Assembly: GCA_038241205.1 (NCBI GenBank)
Contig: JBBRFY010000001.1
Span: 1 to 59,459, forward strand
Direction of reading: 5' to 3'
Length of the DNA stretch: 59,459 bases
From: Cytophagales bacterium
GTDB lineage: Bacteria; Bacteroidota; Bacteroidia; Cytophagales; Cyclobacteriaceae
Under the pieces are notes generated by a model. That model was not told the DNA's origin, ran no database searches, and saw only the letters and a list, made by a program, of their open reading frames with translations. Each line of letters opens with the position of its first letter. The first letter of the stretch is position 1. Position numbers and translations under genes: made by a program. Shown piece by piece: positions 50,481 through 58,784 of this stretch.

Positions 50481-51554
50481 TTATAGCTGCGAAGTTTCCA
50501 TCATGCGCTCTGCGCTGTCAGCAATACGAAGTTGTTCGATGAACTCATCTATTTCTCCATTCATCACAGCTGGTAAATTATGTTGGGTATAGCCAATGCG
50601 ATGATCGGTTACACGGCTCTGAGGATAATTATAGGTTCTTATTTTTTCAGAGCGATCTCCGGTGCGAACAATGGATTTCCGTGCGCTACTAATTTCCGAT
50701 TGTTGTTTGGTGTATTCCAACTCAAACAATTTTGTCTGCAACATCTTCAACGCGCGCTCACGGTTGCCGTGCTGCGATCGTTCCACCTGGCAGGTAATTA
50801 CAATTCCCGATGGCTTGTGCGTAAGCTGAACTTTCGTCTCTACCTTATTTACGTTTTGTCCTCCTGCACCACCCGAACGCGATGTTTGATATTCAAGATC
50901 TGCAGGATTAATAACAATCGAAACATCATCTACCTCAGGCATTACTACTACCGAAGCTGCAGAGGTATGGACTCTTCCCATTTGTTCCGTTTCGGGTACA
51001 CGTTGAACACGATGCACACCCGATTCAAACTTCAATAAGCCGTAAACATTCTCGCCACTCACACTACAAATTACTTCTTTGTAGCCTCCGGCTGTTCCTT
51101 CCGTAACATCAAGAATAGACATTTTAAGTCCAACACGATCGCAATAACGCTGATACATCCGCCAAAGATCACCGGCAAAAATAGCGGCTTCATCACCACC
51201 GGTTCCTGCTCTGATTTCTAACATTACATCTTTATCATCATTGGGATCTTTCGGAATAAGCAATTCCTTGATTTCGGTATCCAGCTTTTCAATGCGCGGT
51301 TCTACCTCATCAATTTCCATTTTCGCCATTTCCCGCAGCTCTTCATCTTTTTCCTGCTCCAGCACATCTTTGGCCTGCCGAAGATGGTGCTTGGCTTCCA
51401 TAAACTGATTGTATTTCAGTACAATTTTCTCCAAATCACGGTATTCCTTGCTGAGTTGCTGAAACCGCTTCATATCCTTCATGGTATCGGGCTGCCCCAA
51501 CAACTGACCAACTTCCTCAAAGCGGAGCTTGATATCTTCTAATTTCTGAATCAT
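50481..51554 (-). CDS. prfA: Peptide chain release factor 1
   Basis: GTGGDEA, PET anticodon motif (RVPETE), GGQ, RTYNYPQ; TACCTTTG -7 element at 51572-51579. Confidence 0.97.
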   Translation of the reverse strand: MIQKLEDIKLRFEEVGQLLGQPDTMKDMKRFQQLSKEYRDLEKIVLKYNQFMEAKHHLRQAKDVLEQEKDEELREMAKMEIDEVEPRIEKLDTEIKELLIPKDPNDDKDVMLEIRAGTGGDEAAIFAGDLWRMYQRYCDRVGLKMSILDVTEGTAGGYKEVICSVSGENVYGLLKFESGVHRVQRVPETEQMGRVHTSAASVVVMPEVDDVSIVINPADLEYQTSRSGGAGGQNVNKVETKVQLTHKPSGIVITCQVERSQHGNRERALKMLQTKLFELEYTKQQSEISSARKSIVRTGDRSEKIRTYNYPQSRVTDHRIGYTQHNLPAVMNGEIDEFIEQLRIADSAERMMETSQL

Positions 51555-51823
51555 ACTTAAAAATGAACGCGCAAAGGTAATAAAAAGTCAATGGCCGACT
51601 ATCAACAAAATAGCATTGACCACATCGTTTTTTGTTTTCTTTCAGTGCGAAAGCTCAAGAAATTCCATTTGGTTAACCACTAGCCTACGCCATAATAATA
51701 GAAAAACTCGAATGGGATTTAAGTCAACTTCAAAATATCGGTATGAATGAAAACCATTTTTATAATAACCAAAAATCTGCTTGTGCATTAGGAATTTGAA
51801 TGGAACGATTTAAACTTTGGGCT

Positions 51824-52321
51824 ATGAAAAAAATAGCCTTGATAAGTTTAGTGACGTTAATGTCGTGTGGCGGATCGTTATCAGATGAGGAACGCAAACG
51901 CCTCCACTACGGATTGGAGAAGCATAAAATTGTAATGATGAACGACTCTGAAATTGTGCTGGCAGCAATGGAACAGGGCCGGTCTCTTTATGCAGTGCTC
52001 GAAAAGCTTTCGTTCGATTCAAACAAAATAGATTCTGTTGCGCGAGTACATGGAGTGAAGGCCGTACAACTCGATATTAATTCTTCGAACGCTATTACCA
52101 AAGAAACAGAAAAGCAATTATTAGATGCCTACATATCGGGTGCTGCAACAGGAAACATGACCGATAACATTCAGAAAATCCGCAAAGGCGATGCAGATTA
52201 TGATTCGTTGATTTATTCCAAACCTATTGTTGTAATGAAAGATGGCGTTGAAAACGTAACCGGTATCTGGAATATTTATCTAGCAAAGAAGCAGGTTATT
52301 ATTTCGGCCAGCAAAAAGTAA
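51824..52321 (+). CDS. Hypothetical lipoprotein, weakly Tll0287/DUF3365-like without a haem motif
   Basis: MKKIALISLVTLMSC lipobox; EKQLLDAY, DNIQK, YSKPI, GIWNI. Confidence 0.6.
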   Translation: MKKIALISLVTLMSCGGSLSDEERKRLHYGLEKHKIVMMNDSEIVLAAMEQGRSLYAVLEKLSFDSNKIDSVARVHGVKAVQLDINSSNAITKETEKQLLDAYISGAATGNMTDNIQKIRKGDADYDSLIYSKPIVVMKDGVENVTGIWNIYLAKKQVIISASKK

Positions 52322-52540
52322 TCATTTACATTCCCCTTTCGTCCAGCTTACAACGCCTGCCGCTTTCGCAAAACATTCATTGTTGTAGGTAATATCATTG
52401 CAGCCACAGACGTAATCAAGGTATTCCGGACACGCTACAATTGTCCCCCATTTTTCGGGATCAATACATTCACTTTTTATTTCATCATCACTTTCACATG
52501 ATAAGAAAAGTACAAACAGTATGAAGAGAATTTTTCTCAT
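52322..52540 (-). CDS. Kazal-type protease-inhibitor lipoprotein (predicted P1 Glu)
   Basis: FLSC lipobox; CPEYLDYVCGCNDITYNNEC...KGEC. Confidence 0.85.
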   Translation of the reverse strand: MRKILFILFVLFLSCESDDEIKSECIDPEKWGTIVACPEYLDYVCGCNDITYNNECFAKAAGVVSWTKGECK

Positions 52541-52543
52541 GAT

Positions 52544-52762
52544 CTAATTAACACACTTCCCCTTTGTCCAGGTCACTATCCCTGCAGCTTTTGCAAAGCA
52601 ATCATTGTCATAGGTAACATTGTTGCATCCACAGACAGGATCGAGCACATAAGGACATGCATTTATCTCTCCCCACTTTTCGGGATCAATACATTCTTTG
52701 GGTTCATTATCATTTTCACACGAAAAGAAAAGCACAAAGAGTATAAAAAGAATTTTTTTCAT
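52544..52762 (-). CDS. Kazal-type protease-inhibitor lipoprotein (predicted P1 Tyr)
   Basis: FFSC lipobox; CPYVLDPVCGCNNVTYDNDC...KGKC. Confidence 0.85.
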   Translation of the reverse strand: MKKILFILFVLFFSCENDNEPKECIDPEKWGEINACPYVLDPVCGCNNVTYDNDCFAKAAGIVTWTKGKCVN

Positions 52763-52765
52763 GAT

Positions 52766-53002
52766 CTAATTCAAACATTTTCCATTGGCCCAGTAAACAA
52801 CGCCAGCTTGCTTTGCATAACAATCATTGCTGTAGGTAACTTTATTGCAGCCACATACAGGATCATAAATTGTATAGCACGCTGAAATTTCTCCCCACAA
52901 ATCTGCATTAATGCAATCCTCTCCATCGTTAAATATTTCAGAATCCGGACAATCCTTACAGGATGTGCAGAGAATTAAAAATACAAAAAGCAGTTTCTTC
53001 AT
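52766..53002 (-). CDS. Kazal-type protease-inhibitor lipoprotein (predicted P1 Thr)
   Basis: CTSC lipobox; CYTIYDPVCGCNKVTYSNDC...NGKC. Confidence 0.85.
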   Translation of the reverse strand: MKKLLFVFLILCTSCKDCPDSEIFNDGEDCINADLWGEISACYTIYDPVCGCNKVTYSNDCYAKQAGVVYWANGKCLN

Positions 53003-53045
53003 ACGTTAGTAGACACTTCTATTTTGAATAGGGTTGGAAAATTAA

Positions 53046-53609
53046 TCAGTTTTTATATCGCCAGCAATCTACCAAATGATCATTCACCAAACCACACGCT
53101 TGCATATGAGCATAAATTACTGTGCTGCCAACAAATTTAAAACCGCGCTTAATTAAATCTTTACTCAGCGCATCTGATTCCTTTGTAGTGGCCGGTACCT
53201 CACTCAAAGATTTTCTTTTGTTCACAATGGATTCTCCGCCAACAAAACTCCAAATGTATTGATTGAACGTGCCAAACTCTTTTTGCACTTCAAGAAATCG
53301 CTTGGCATTATTTACTGCAGCATTTACTTTTAGTTTGTTACGAACGATGCTCGGGTCCTGAAGAATTTTTTCAATTTTAGCTTCGGTAAAGCGTGCTACT
53401 TTCTTTGGATCAAAATCAGCAAAGTTTTTTCGATAACCTTCACGCTTCTTTAAAATGGTAGCCCAACTTAAACCTGCTTGTGCTCCTTCTAAAATTAGAA
53501 ATTCAAAATGTGTAATGTCATCGTGCACAGGCACACCCCATTCTTCATCGTGATACTGAATGTATTGATCAAACTTCAGACACCAGCCGCAGCGAATTTT
53601 TTCTTTCAT
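53046..53609 (-). CDS. tag: DNA-3-methyladenine glycosylase I
   Basis: RCGW, YHDEEWG, LEGAQAGLSW, GFKFVG, GLVNDH..C. Confidence 0.95.
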   Translation of the reverse strand: MKEKIRCGWCLKFDQYIQYHDEEWGVPVHDDITHFEFLILEGAQAGLSWATILKKREGYRKNFADFDPKKVARFTEAKIEKILQDPSIVRNKLKVNAAVNNAKRFLEVQKEFGTFNQYIWSFVGGESIVNKRKSLSEVPATTKESDALSKDLIKRGFKFVGSTVIYAHMQACGLVNDHLVDCWRYKN

Positions 53610-53614
53610 ATGAG

Positions 53615-53726
53615 TTAGACATTAGATGCTAGACTTTAGATGTTAGACATTAGATGCTAGCAATGAGAGGTTAGACTGATGCCGATTTAATTCTCAAATC
53701 TAAAATCTTGAATCTAAAATCTAAAC
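53615..53726. repeat. Heptamer arrays (T/C)TAGA(C/T)N and inverted TCTAAAA
   Basis: TTAGACA TTAGATG CTAGACT TTAGATG TTAGACA TTAGATG; then TCTAAAA TCTTGAA TCTAAAA. Confidence 0.8.
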
Positions 53727-54869
53727 TTGTTTACCAAGCGCTTGCTTAATGTCCTCTATCAAATCAGAAACATCTTCAATACCTACTGAGAACCTAACGA
53801 GATTATCAGTGACACCAATCGCTGTGCGTTCTTCTGCATTCATTTTTGCATGCGAGGTTTTTACCGGAGAGGTAACCGTAGATTCAACTCCTCCCAAACT
53901 AATGGCGCGTTTTATTAATTGAAGTTTACCCATAAAAATATGCGCATCCCCGTTCACTTCAAAAGAAAGCATGCCGCCAAAACCACCGGGCATTTGTGCT
54001 TTCGCGATAGCATGATCAGCGTGACTCGGCAACCCAGGATAATATACTTTACCTATGCGCGAATCGGATTCTAGAAACTCAGCAATAGCCTGTGCATTTT
54101 GATTTTGCTGGCGCACACGCAGCACAATTGTTTTTAAACTTCGTTCTACCAGCCAACACGTTTGTGCATCAAGCGAACCACCAAAATGGATGGCGCTTTC
54201 CCAAATTTTTTGTGTGAGCACTTTTGACGATACCACTACACCACAGCAAATATCACTATGGCCGCCAATATATTTTGTTCCGCTGTGGGTAACGATATCT
54301 ATTCCGAAATCAATTGGATTTTGATTAATAGGCGAGGCAAAGGTATTATCGATAATCGTAATCAATCCATGTTTCTTAGCGATATCAGCAACCGCTTTTA
54401 AATCGGTAATTTTTAAAGTAGGATTGGAAGGTGTTTCAATATACAGAACGCGTGTGTTTGACTGAATGGCCTTTTCGAAATTATCAGGATCAGATCCATC
54501 CACCATAGTATATTCCATTCCATATCGTGGCAATTCATTTAGCACTGCATGAAAGGTGCCGCCATATAAATCGTTTTGAAAAACAGCGTGATCACCTTTC
54601 TTCATCATGGCAAAGATAGAGGTAAGAATAGCCGCCATACCTGAACTCATAATCAAACCATCTTCTCCATTTTCCAGAGCCGCTAGTTTCTCAACAACCG
54701 CCTTCATGTTTGGCGTATTGAAGTACCGTGGGTAGAGCGATACCTCAACGCCTTCGTAATCGTAAGCCGAAGAGGGGAAGATGGGCGTTACCATTCCTTT
54801 AAATTGTGTGTCGCCTGGCGAGCCAACATGAACACTCTGCGTAAGTTTTGAAACACTTTGTTTTTTCAT
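53721..54869 (-). CDS. Cys/Met metabolism PLP enzyme (cystathionine gamma-synthase/lyase family)
   Basis: SSGMAA, ETPSNPT, DNTFASP, SGTKYIGGHSD, SLGGVES; TATCTTTG at 54894-54901 supports ATG at 54869. Confidence 0.92.
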   Translation of the reverse strand: MKKQSVSKLTQSVHVGSPGDTQFKGMVTPIFPSSAYDYEGVEVSLYPRYFNTPNMKAVVEKLAALENGEDGLIMSSGMAAILTSIFAMMKKGDHAVFQNDLYGGTFHAVLNELPRYGMEYTMVDGSDPDNFEKAIQSNTRVLYIETPSNPTLKITDLKAVADIAKKHGLITIIDNTFASPINQNPIDFGIDIVTHSGTKYIGGHSDICCGVVVSSKVLTQKIWESAIHFGGSLDAQTCWLVERSLKTIVLRVRQQNQNAQAIAEFLESDSRIGKVYYPGLPSHADHAIAKAQMPGGFGGMLSFEVNGDAHIFMGKLQLIKRAISLGGVESTVTSPVKTSHAKMNAEERTAIGVTDNLVRFSVGIEDVSDLIEDIKQALGKQV

Positions 54870-55029
54870 TGCAAGATTTTTTTTGGAAAGCGACAAAGAT
54901 AAGGCTACAGTCTTAAGAAAAATCATTCGAAAAATAATACACGTATAGCCAAATCCGGCTTCGTTTTTTCGATATGTTTTCCCTATACTTACTCGTTGAA
55001 CTTAATTTATTATCTATAAACTTTTTACT

Positions 55030-55356
55030 ATGGCAGACGGAGCAAAAATTTCTAAAAAGAAAGCGATTGAACTTGTAAAGAAATTTAAAGACAATCATCC
55101 AAAATCCACACATTCAGTTTCGTATGACGCAACGCTTATTCAAGAGTTGCTTGCTATACCCAACTGTGTAACCGTGCGCATTCATTTAGCTGAAACAGAC
55201 GAGAAGATAACCACTATGGTGTTGGTAGCCGTTGATAAAGAAGGCAATGCAATTTTGCCAGCCTCTGAAGAATTAACCAAGGATTTAGCAAATGGCACCT
55301 TTATCTTAAATGATGGTAGGACTTGTCCGCCTCGTTGTTCTTCAGGGGAATTATAA
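55030..55356 (+). CDS. 108-aa hypothetical protein with C-terminal CPPxC motif
   Basis: No signal peptide; core VRIHLA...MVLVAVD; tail NDGRTCPPRCSSGEL; first gene of a tight operon. Confidence 0.85.
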   Translation: MADGAKISKKKAIELVKKFKDNHPKSTHSVSYDATLIQELLAIPNCVTVRIHLAETDEKITTMVLVAVDKEGNAILPASEELTKDLANGTFILNDGRTCPPRCSSGEL

Positions 55357-55368
55357 GAGTAAAGTATT

Positions 55369-56028
55369 GTGAGCTTTAGCCTCTCTAATATTGACATCTA
55401 TGCACAGCAATTGGGAAGTTTTTTAATTGCTGTGCTCGCCTTTCTTTATTTCTCCAAAAGAGAAACGGCTATTCATGTTTTGGGTTTGTATGGATTGAAT
55501 AGTGTTTTTTTTGAAATACTGAATCTTTCGTCAAATCCTAAAACCAATATTGTGGGGGATATTTACACGCTTACAGAGGTATTAATTTTACTTTATTTTT
55601 TTTATGTACTCTTTAGGTCTCCGAGTTTAAGAAAAATTATTCTCGTTTTAGTTATTATGTACTGTGTATTGTATTGTGTAATAATTTTTGTTGATTGGGA
55701 AGGAAGTTTTAGCGCTATTCGAATGCTTCGTGATTTGGTAATAATTAGCTCTTCACTGCTTTATTTTTTTAATTTAATGCGGGATTTACCTACGACAGAA
55801 ATTACGCGCTACCCCATGTTTTGGGTTGTTGCTGCTTTTATTTTTTTCTTTGCTGGCACATTTATTTTGTCCTTATCCAGAGATTATTTAGTAGCTGTAC
55901 TAAAGGATGATTTACTTTTATTGTGGACAGCACGCAATTTTTTTCGATTCTTCTTTTGTCTAGTGGTGTCCTACGGTTTGTGGTTAGATTTACGTTTGGT
56001 AAAAATGAAAGGCAACCTTCAACGCTAA
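55369..56028 (+). CDS. 7-TM integral membrane protein, putative sensor partner of the downstream kinase
   Basis: Seven hydrophobic segments with short loops; YPMFW..A.F.FF.G motif before TM6; GTG start 12 nt after the upstream stop. Confidence 0.8.
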   Translation: MSFSLSNIDIYAQQLGSFLIAVLAFLYFSKRETAIHVLGLYGLNSVFFEILNLSSNPKTNIVGDIYTLTEVLILLYFFYVLFRSPSLRKIILVLVIMYCVLYCVIIFVDWEGSFSAIRMLRDLVIISSSLLYFFNLMRDLPTTEITRYPMFWVVAAFIFFFAGTFILSLSRDYLVAVLKDDLLLLWTARNFFRFFFCLVVSYGLWLDLRLVKMKGNLQR

Positions 56029-56035
56029 GGCGAAA

Positions 56036-56830
56036 ATGGAACAAAGCTACCAAGGTTTCTTTTTGATTGCAGTCGGCACGGTGGTGATGCTTCTGCTTGT
56101 TACCGCCATTATTATTTTTATGGTGTTCTATCAAAAGAAGATGATTCAGGAACAGGCAAAGCGTCAGGAACTTGAACTTGTTCATCAGCAAAAAATGATG
56201 GAGGCTGCTTTAGAATCTCAGGAAAATGAACGAAAGCGTGTAGCCGCTGATCTGCACGATAGTATTGGCGCCATGCTTTCTGCAATACGGTTAGGTCTTA
56301 TTACGGTAAGCAGAAAAATCCCAGATCCTGCGAGCCTTAATGATGCAAAAGAAATGCTCGATGAAACCATCGGTTCCGTGCGCAGAATAAGTCGTGATTT
56401 AATGCCTTCTACACTAGAGAAGTTTGGCCTGGCACACGCCATGAAAGAGTTGTGTGAACGTTTTCAATCTACGGCTCAATTACCTATCCGCTATCGCGAA
56501 GAGGGTGAAGTCAAATCAATCGATCCTAAAAAAGAATTAATGATTTTTCGAATCGTGCAAGAATTGTTGAACAATGCTATTAAACATGCCAAGGCCACCA
56601 ACATTTCGGTAACCTTTCGCACAACAGATACCTTTCAAATTATGGTGGAAGACGATGGCGTGGGATTTAATTTTGAGCAACAACACGCATCCACTAAAAT
56701 GGAAAAGGGATTAGGACTTTTTAATATTGAAAATAGAACTAGACTGTTGCATGCTACGCTTGAGTTCGATAAAGAAAAGAAGATCGGTACCCGCACAACA
56801 TTAACAGTGCCCTATGAAGCCCGAGTATAG
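56036..56830 (+). CDS. NarX/UhpB-type (HisKA_3) histidine kinase, single TM, no sensor domain
   Basis: QENERKRVAADLHDSIG, FRIVQELLNNAIKHA, DDGVGF, GLGL. Confidence 0.93.
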   Translation: MEQSYQGFFLIAVGTVVMLLLVTAIIIFMVFYQKKMIQEQAKRQELELVHQQKMMEAALESQENERKRVAADLHDSIGAMLSAIRLGLITVSRKIPDPASLNDAKEMLDETIGSVRRISRDLMPSTLEKFGLAHAMKELCERFQSTAQLPIRYREEGEVKSIDPKKELMIFRIVQELLNNAIKHAKATNISVTFRTTDTFQIMVEDDGVGFNFEQQHASTKMEKGLGLFNIENRTRLLHATLEFDKEKKIGTRTTLTVPYEARV

Positions 56831-57467
56831 CGTTTACATAGCCGATGATCATACCCTTTTTCGCAAAGCGATGGTTAACCTTATTAGAACCTTTGAAGGG
56901 GTAAAAGAAATAAAAGATGCCGAAAATGGAAAGGAACTTTTGAACCTCATTAAACAACAAACTCCTCACGTTGCCATTATCGATTTGCAGATGCCCATTA
57001 TGGATGGCACAGAAGCCAGTGAACAAATTCTTCAAAAATTTCCAGATGTTAAAATCATCATTCTCACCATGCACGATAGTGAAAAGTTTATCCTTCACAT
57101 GATGGAAATGGGCGTGCATGCTTTCTTGCTTAAGAATACCGAACCTGAAGAATTGGAGAAAGCAATTTATTCAGTAGTCGAAAAAGATTTTTATCATAAC
57201 GACCTTGTTGCGTCCGTACTTCGAAAAAATGTAAAAGAAAAGAAAGCCGGGAAGCGCCCCGTGTTTCTTCAAAGTGAACTATCCGATCGAGAAAAAGAAG
57301 TGCTCACCTTAATATGTGGTGAACTTACCATGAAGGAGATCAGCCAAAAATTATTCTTAAGTGAAAATACCGTTCGCAATCATCGGGTAAACATCATGGA
57401 AAAGGTGGGTGTTAACAACATTGTTGGCTTAATAAAATATGCTTACGAAGTCGGGTTAATAAAATAA
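56814..57467 (+). CDS. NarL/LuxR family response regulator
   Basis: IADDH, DLQMP.MDG, LTMH, FLLK; HTH LSDREKEVL...LSENTVRNHR. Confidence 0.95.
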   Translation: MKPEYSVYIADDHTLFRKAMVNLIRTFEGVKEIKDAENGKELLNLIKQQTPHVAIIDLQMPIMDGTEASEQILQKFPDVKIIILTMHDSEKFILHMMEMGVHAFLLKNTEPEELEKAIYSVVEKDFYHNDLVASVLRKNVKEKKAGKRPVFLQSELSDREKEVLTLICGELTMKEISQKLFLSENTVRNHRVNIMEKVGVNNIVGLIKYAYEVGLIK

Positions 57468-57484
57468 GATCAAAAATTCGAATG

Positions 57485-57560
57485 GTAGTATTCTACTATT
57501 TTAGTAGTACAATTATACTACTCCGTTATTCTCAATAGTATGAAAATCATTACCTATTAC
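57485..57560. promoter_or_regulatory. Cluster of palindromic TAGTA/TACTA boxes, putative response-regulator sites
   Basis: TAGTA-TTC-TACTA (57486-57498), AGTAGTA-N6-TACTACT (57503-57522), TACCTAT (57551-57557). Confidence 0.5.
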
Positions 57561-57688
57561 GCTCTATTCAACACAGACTATCAAATTACCTTAGCATAAA
57601 ATTTACATCACCAAAAACGATTTGGCCAAATCAACGAACTTTCAACACAGGTTTAGGGAGTAATGTATAACCCCTACTTCTGGGTTTA

Positions 57689-58099
57689 ATGAAAATACTT
57701 GTGGTACACAGGCAGATAGAAATCGTTGATCAAATTAAGTCATTGCTCAGCAACTGCAGTCCCGTTGTGTTGCATGCAGTAACAGGTTTGGATGGGCTCC
57801 TCACCTCTCGGGTCGAACGTTTCGATTTGATAATCTGCGGCACTGACCTGCCTGTGGTCACAGGTTTTGAACTTGTTCGTTCAATCCGTACAAATTCAGT
57901 GAATAGAGAAACTCCGGTTATCTTCTTATCTGACATTGTGGATTACAAAACACAACATTTGGGCAACGCATTAGGGGTTGCCGGCATGTTGGCCATGAAA
58001 GATGTTGAGGGTATGTTGGCCGGTATCGTGAACGAACGGGTTAAAACAGAACCCGACAAGGTTTGGAGAGATTTGTTAACAAATCCCCCACTGAACTAG
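57689..58099 (+). CDS. Stand-alone atypical receiver domain protein
   Basis: MKILVV..., GLDGL, FDLII, LPVVTGFELVRSIR, TPVIFLS; acidic pocket and canonical Asp position look degenerate. Confidence 0.8.
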   Translation: MKILVVHRQIEIVDQIKSLLSNCSPVVLHAVTGLDGLLTSRVERFDLIICGTDLPVVTGFELVRSIRTNSVNRETPVIFLSDIVDYKTQHLGNALGVAGMLAMKDVEGMLAGIVNERVKTEPDKVWRDLLTNPPLN

Positions 58100-58177
58100 C
58101 AAGAAAATTCAATAGTGCGAAAATTCTTTCCACTATTTCAATAAACAATACAGGTTAGAATAGTTGGCCCTTTCTAC

Positions 58178-58226
58178 AAATCGTCCCCTCATCCCGGCAT
58201 TTGCCGGGAAATGGGTGGGATGATTT
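58178..58226. other. Strong GC-rich hairpin in an AT-rich intergenic region
   Basis: AAATCGTCCC-CTCAT-CCCGGC-ATTT-GCCGGG-AA-ATGGG-T-GGGATGATTT. Confidence 0.55.
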
Positions 58227-58385
58227 AACCTATTAAAAAAATCAAATTTTTAAAGTTGGAGTTTCGGTCATTTATTCTTAAATATTACCTGTGTGTTTTA
58301 TTTCTGTTAATACACCTCTAAATACTTGAACCTCAGCATATCAATTCGCGTTCTTTGTGATAGAATAATAACAACCACTACTGTT

Positions 58386-58586
58386 ATGACGACTACAACA
58401 AAGCAAATTCAGATTTTAGAGAATTTAAATTCCCTAAATCAAAATCAGGCAGATGATGTTCTGACTTATATTAAAAACATGATGCCATCACGCGATGACG
58501 TTTCGTATAAAAATTTTAAGCGTGAGGCATTGAAGGAAATCCGTCAGGCACTTCGCGAGAATAGAAAGTTTAATCTTTCATTCTAA
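58386..58586 (+). CDS. Small helical hypothetical protein (~66 aa)
   Basis: MTTTTKQIQILENLNSLNQNQADDVLTYIK...FKREALKEIRQAL; ATG at 58386 preferred over the upstream TTG. Confidence 0.65.
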   Translation: MTTTTKQIQILENLNSLNQNQADDVLTYIKNMMPSRDDVSYKNFKREALKEIRQALRENRKFNLSF

Positions 58587-58784
58587 CGCCAACAATGCAC
58601 CAGCATACGAAGGTGTTTCTACAACATCTGATTGGAACGTTATCCTCTAGCAGTTTCGTAAACGTGGCCTTGAATTAACAAAGGGATCTTTCTGGCAATT
58701 TGCAGTTGACAACAAGACAATTAACAACGGGCTTCGAGAATTTGAAATCGCACATAACGCAATTCCTATGTGAATTATTGGTTC

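Noticed and set aside
50580-51038. 152-aa ORF antisense to prfA, and similar shadow ORFs inside polA, the M1 peptidases and the HEAT protein
   Set aside because: Fully nested antisense or alternate-frame ORFs in well-supported genes, with no motifs.
52322-53002. Diversity-generating retroelement target
   Set aside because: No reverse transcriptase or template repeat; ordinary tandem duplication explains the variation.
55030-55356. Classical RiPP precursor, AgrD or thioredoxin
   Set aside because: No modifying enzyme, AgrB, double-glycine leader or peptidase-ABC exporter nearby. The motif is a terminal CxxxC, not a thioredoxin CxxC.
55369-56028. Microbial rhodopsin
   Set aside because: Seven TMs, but no retinal-binding Lys (DxxxK) in helix 7.
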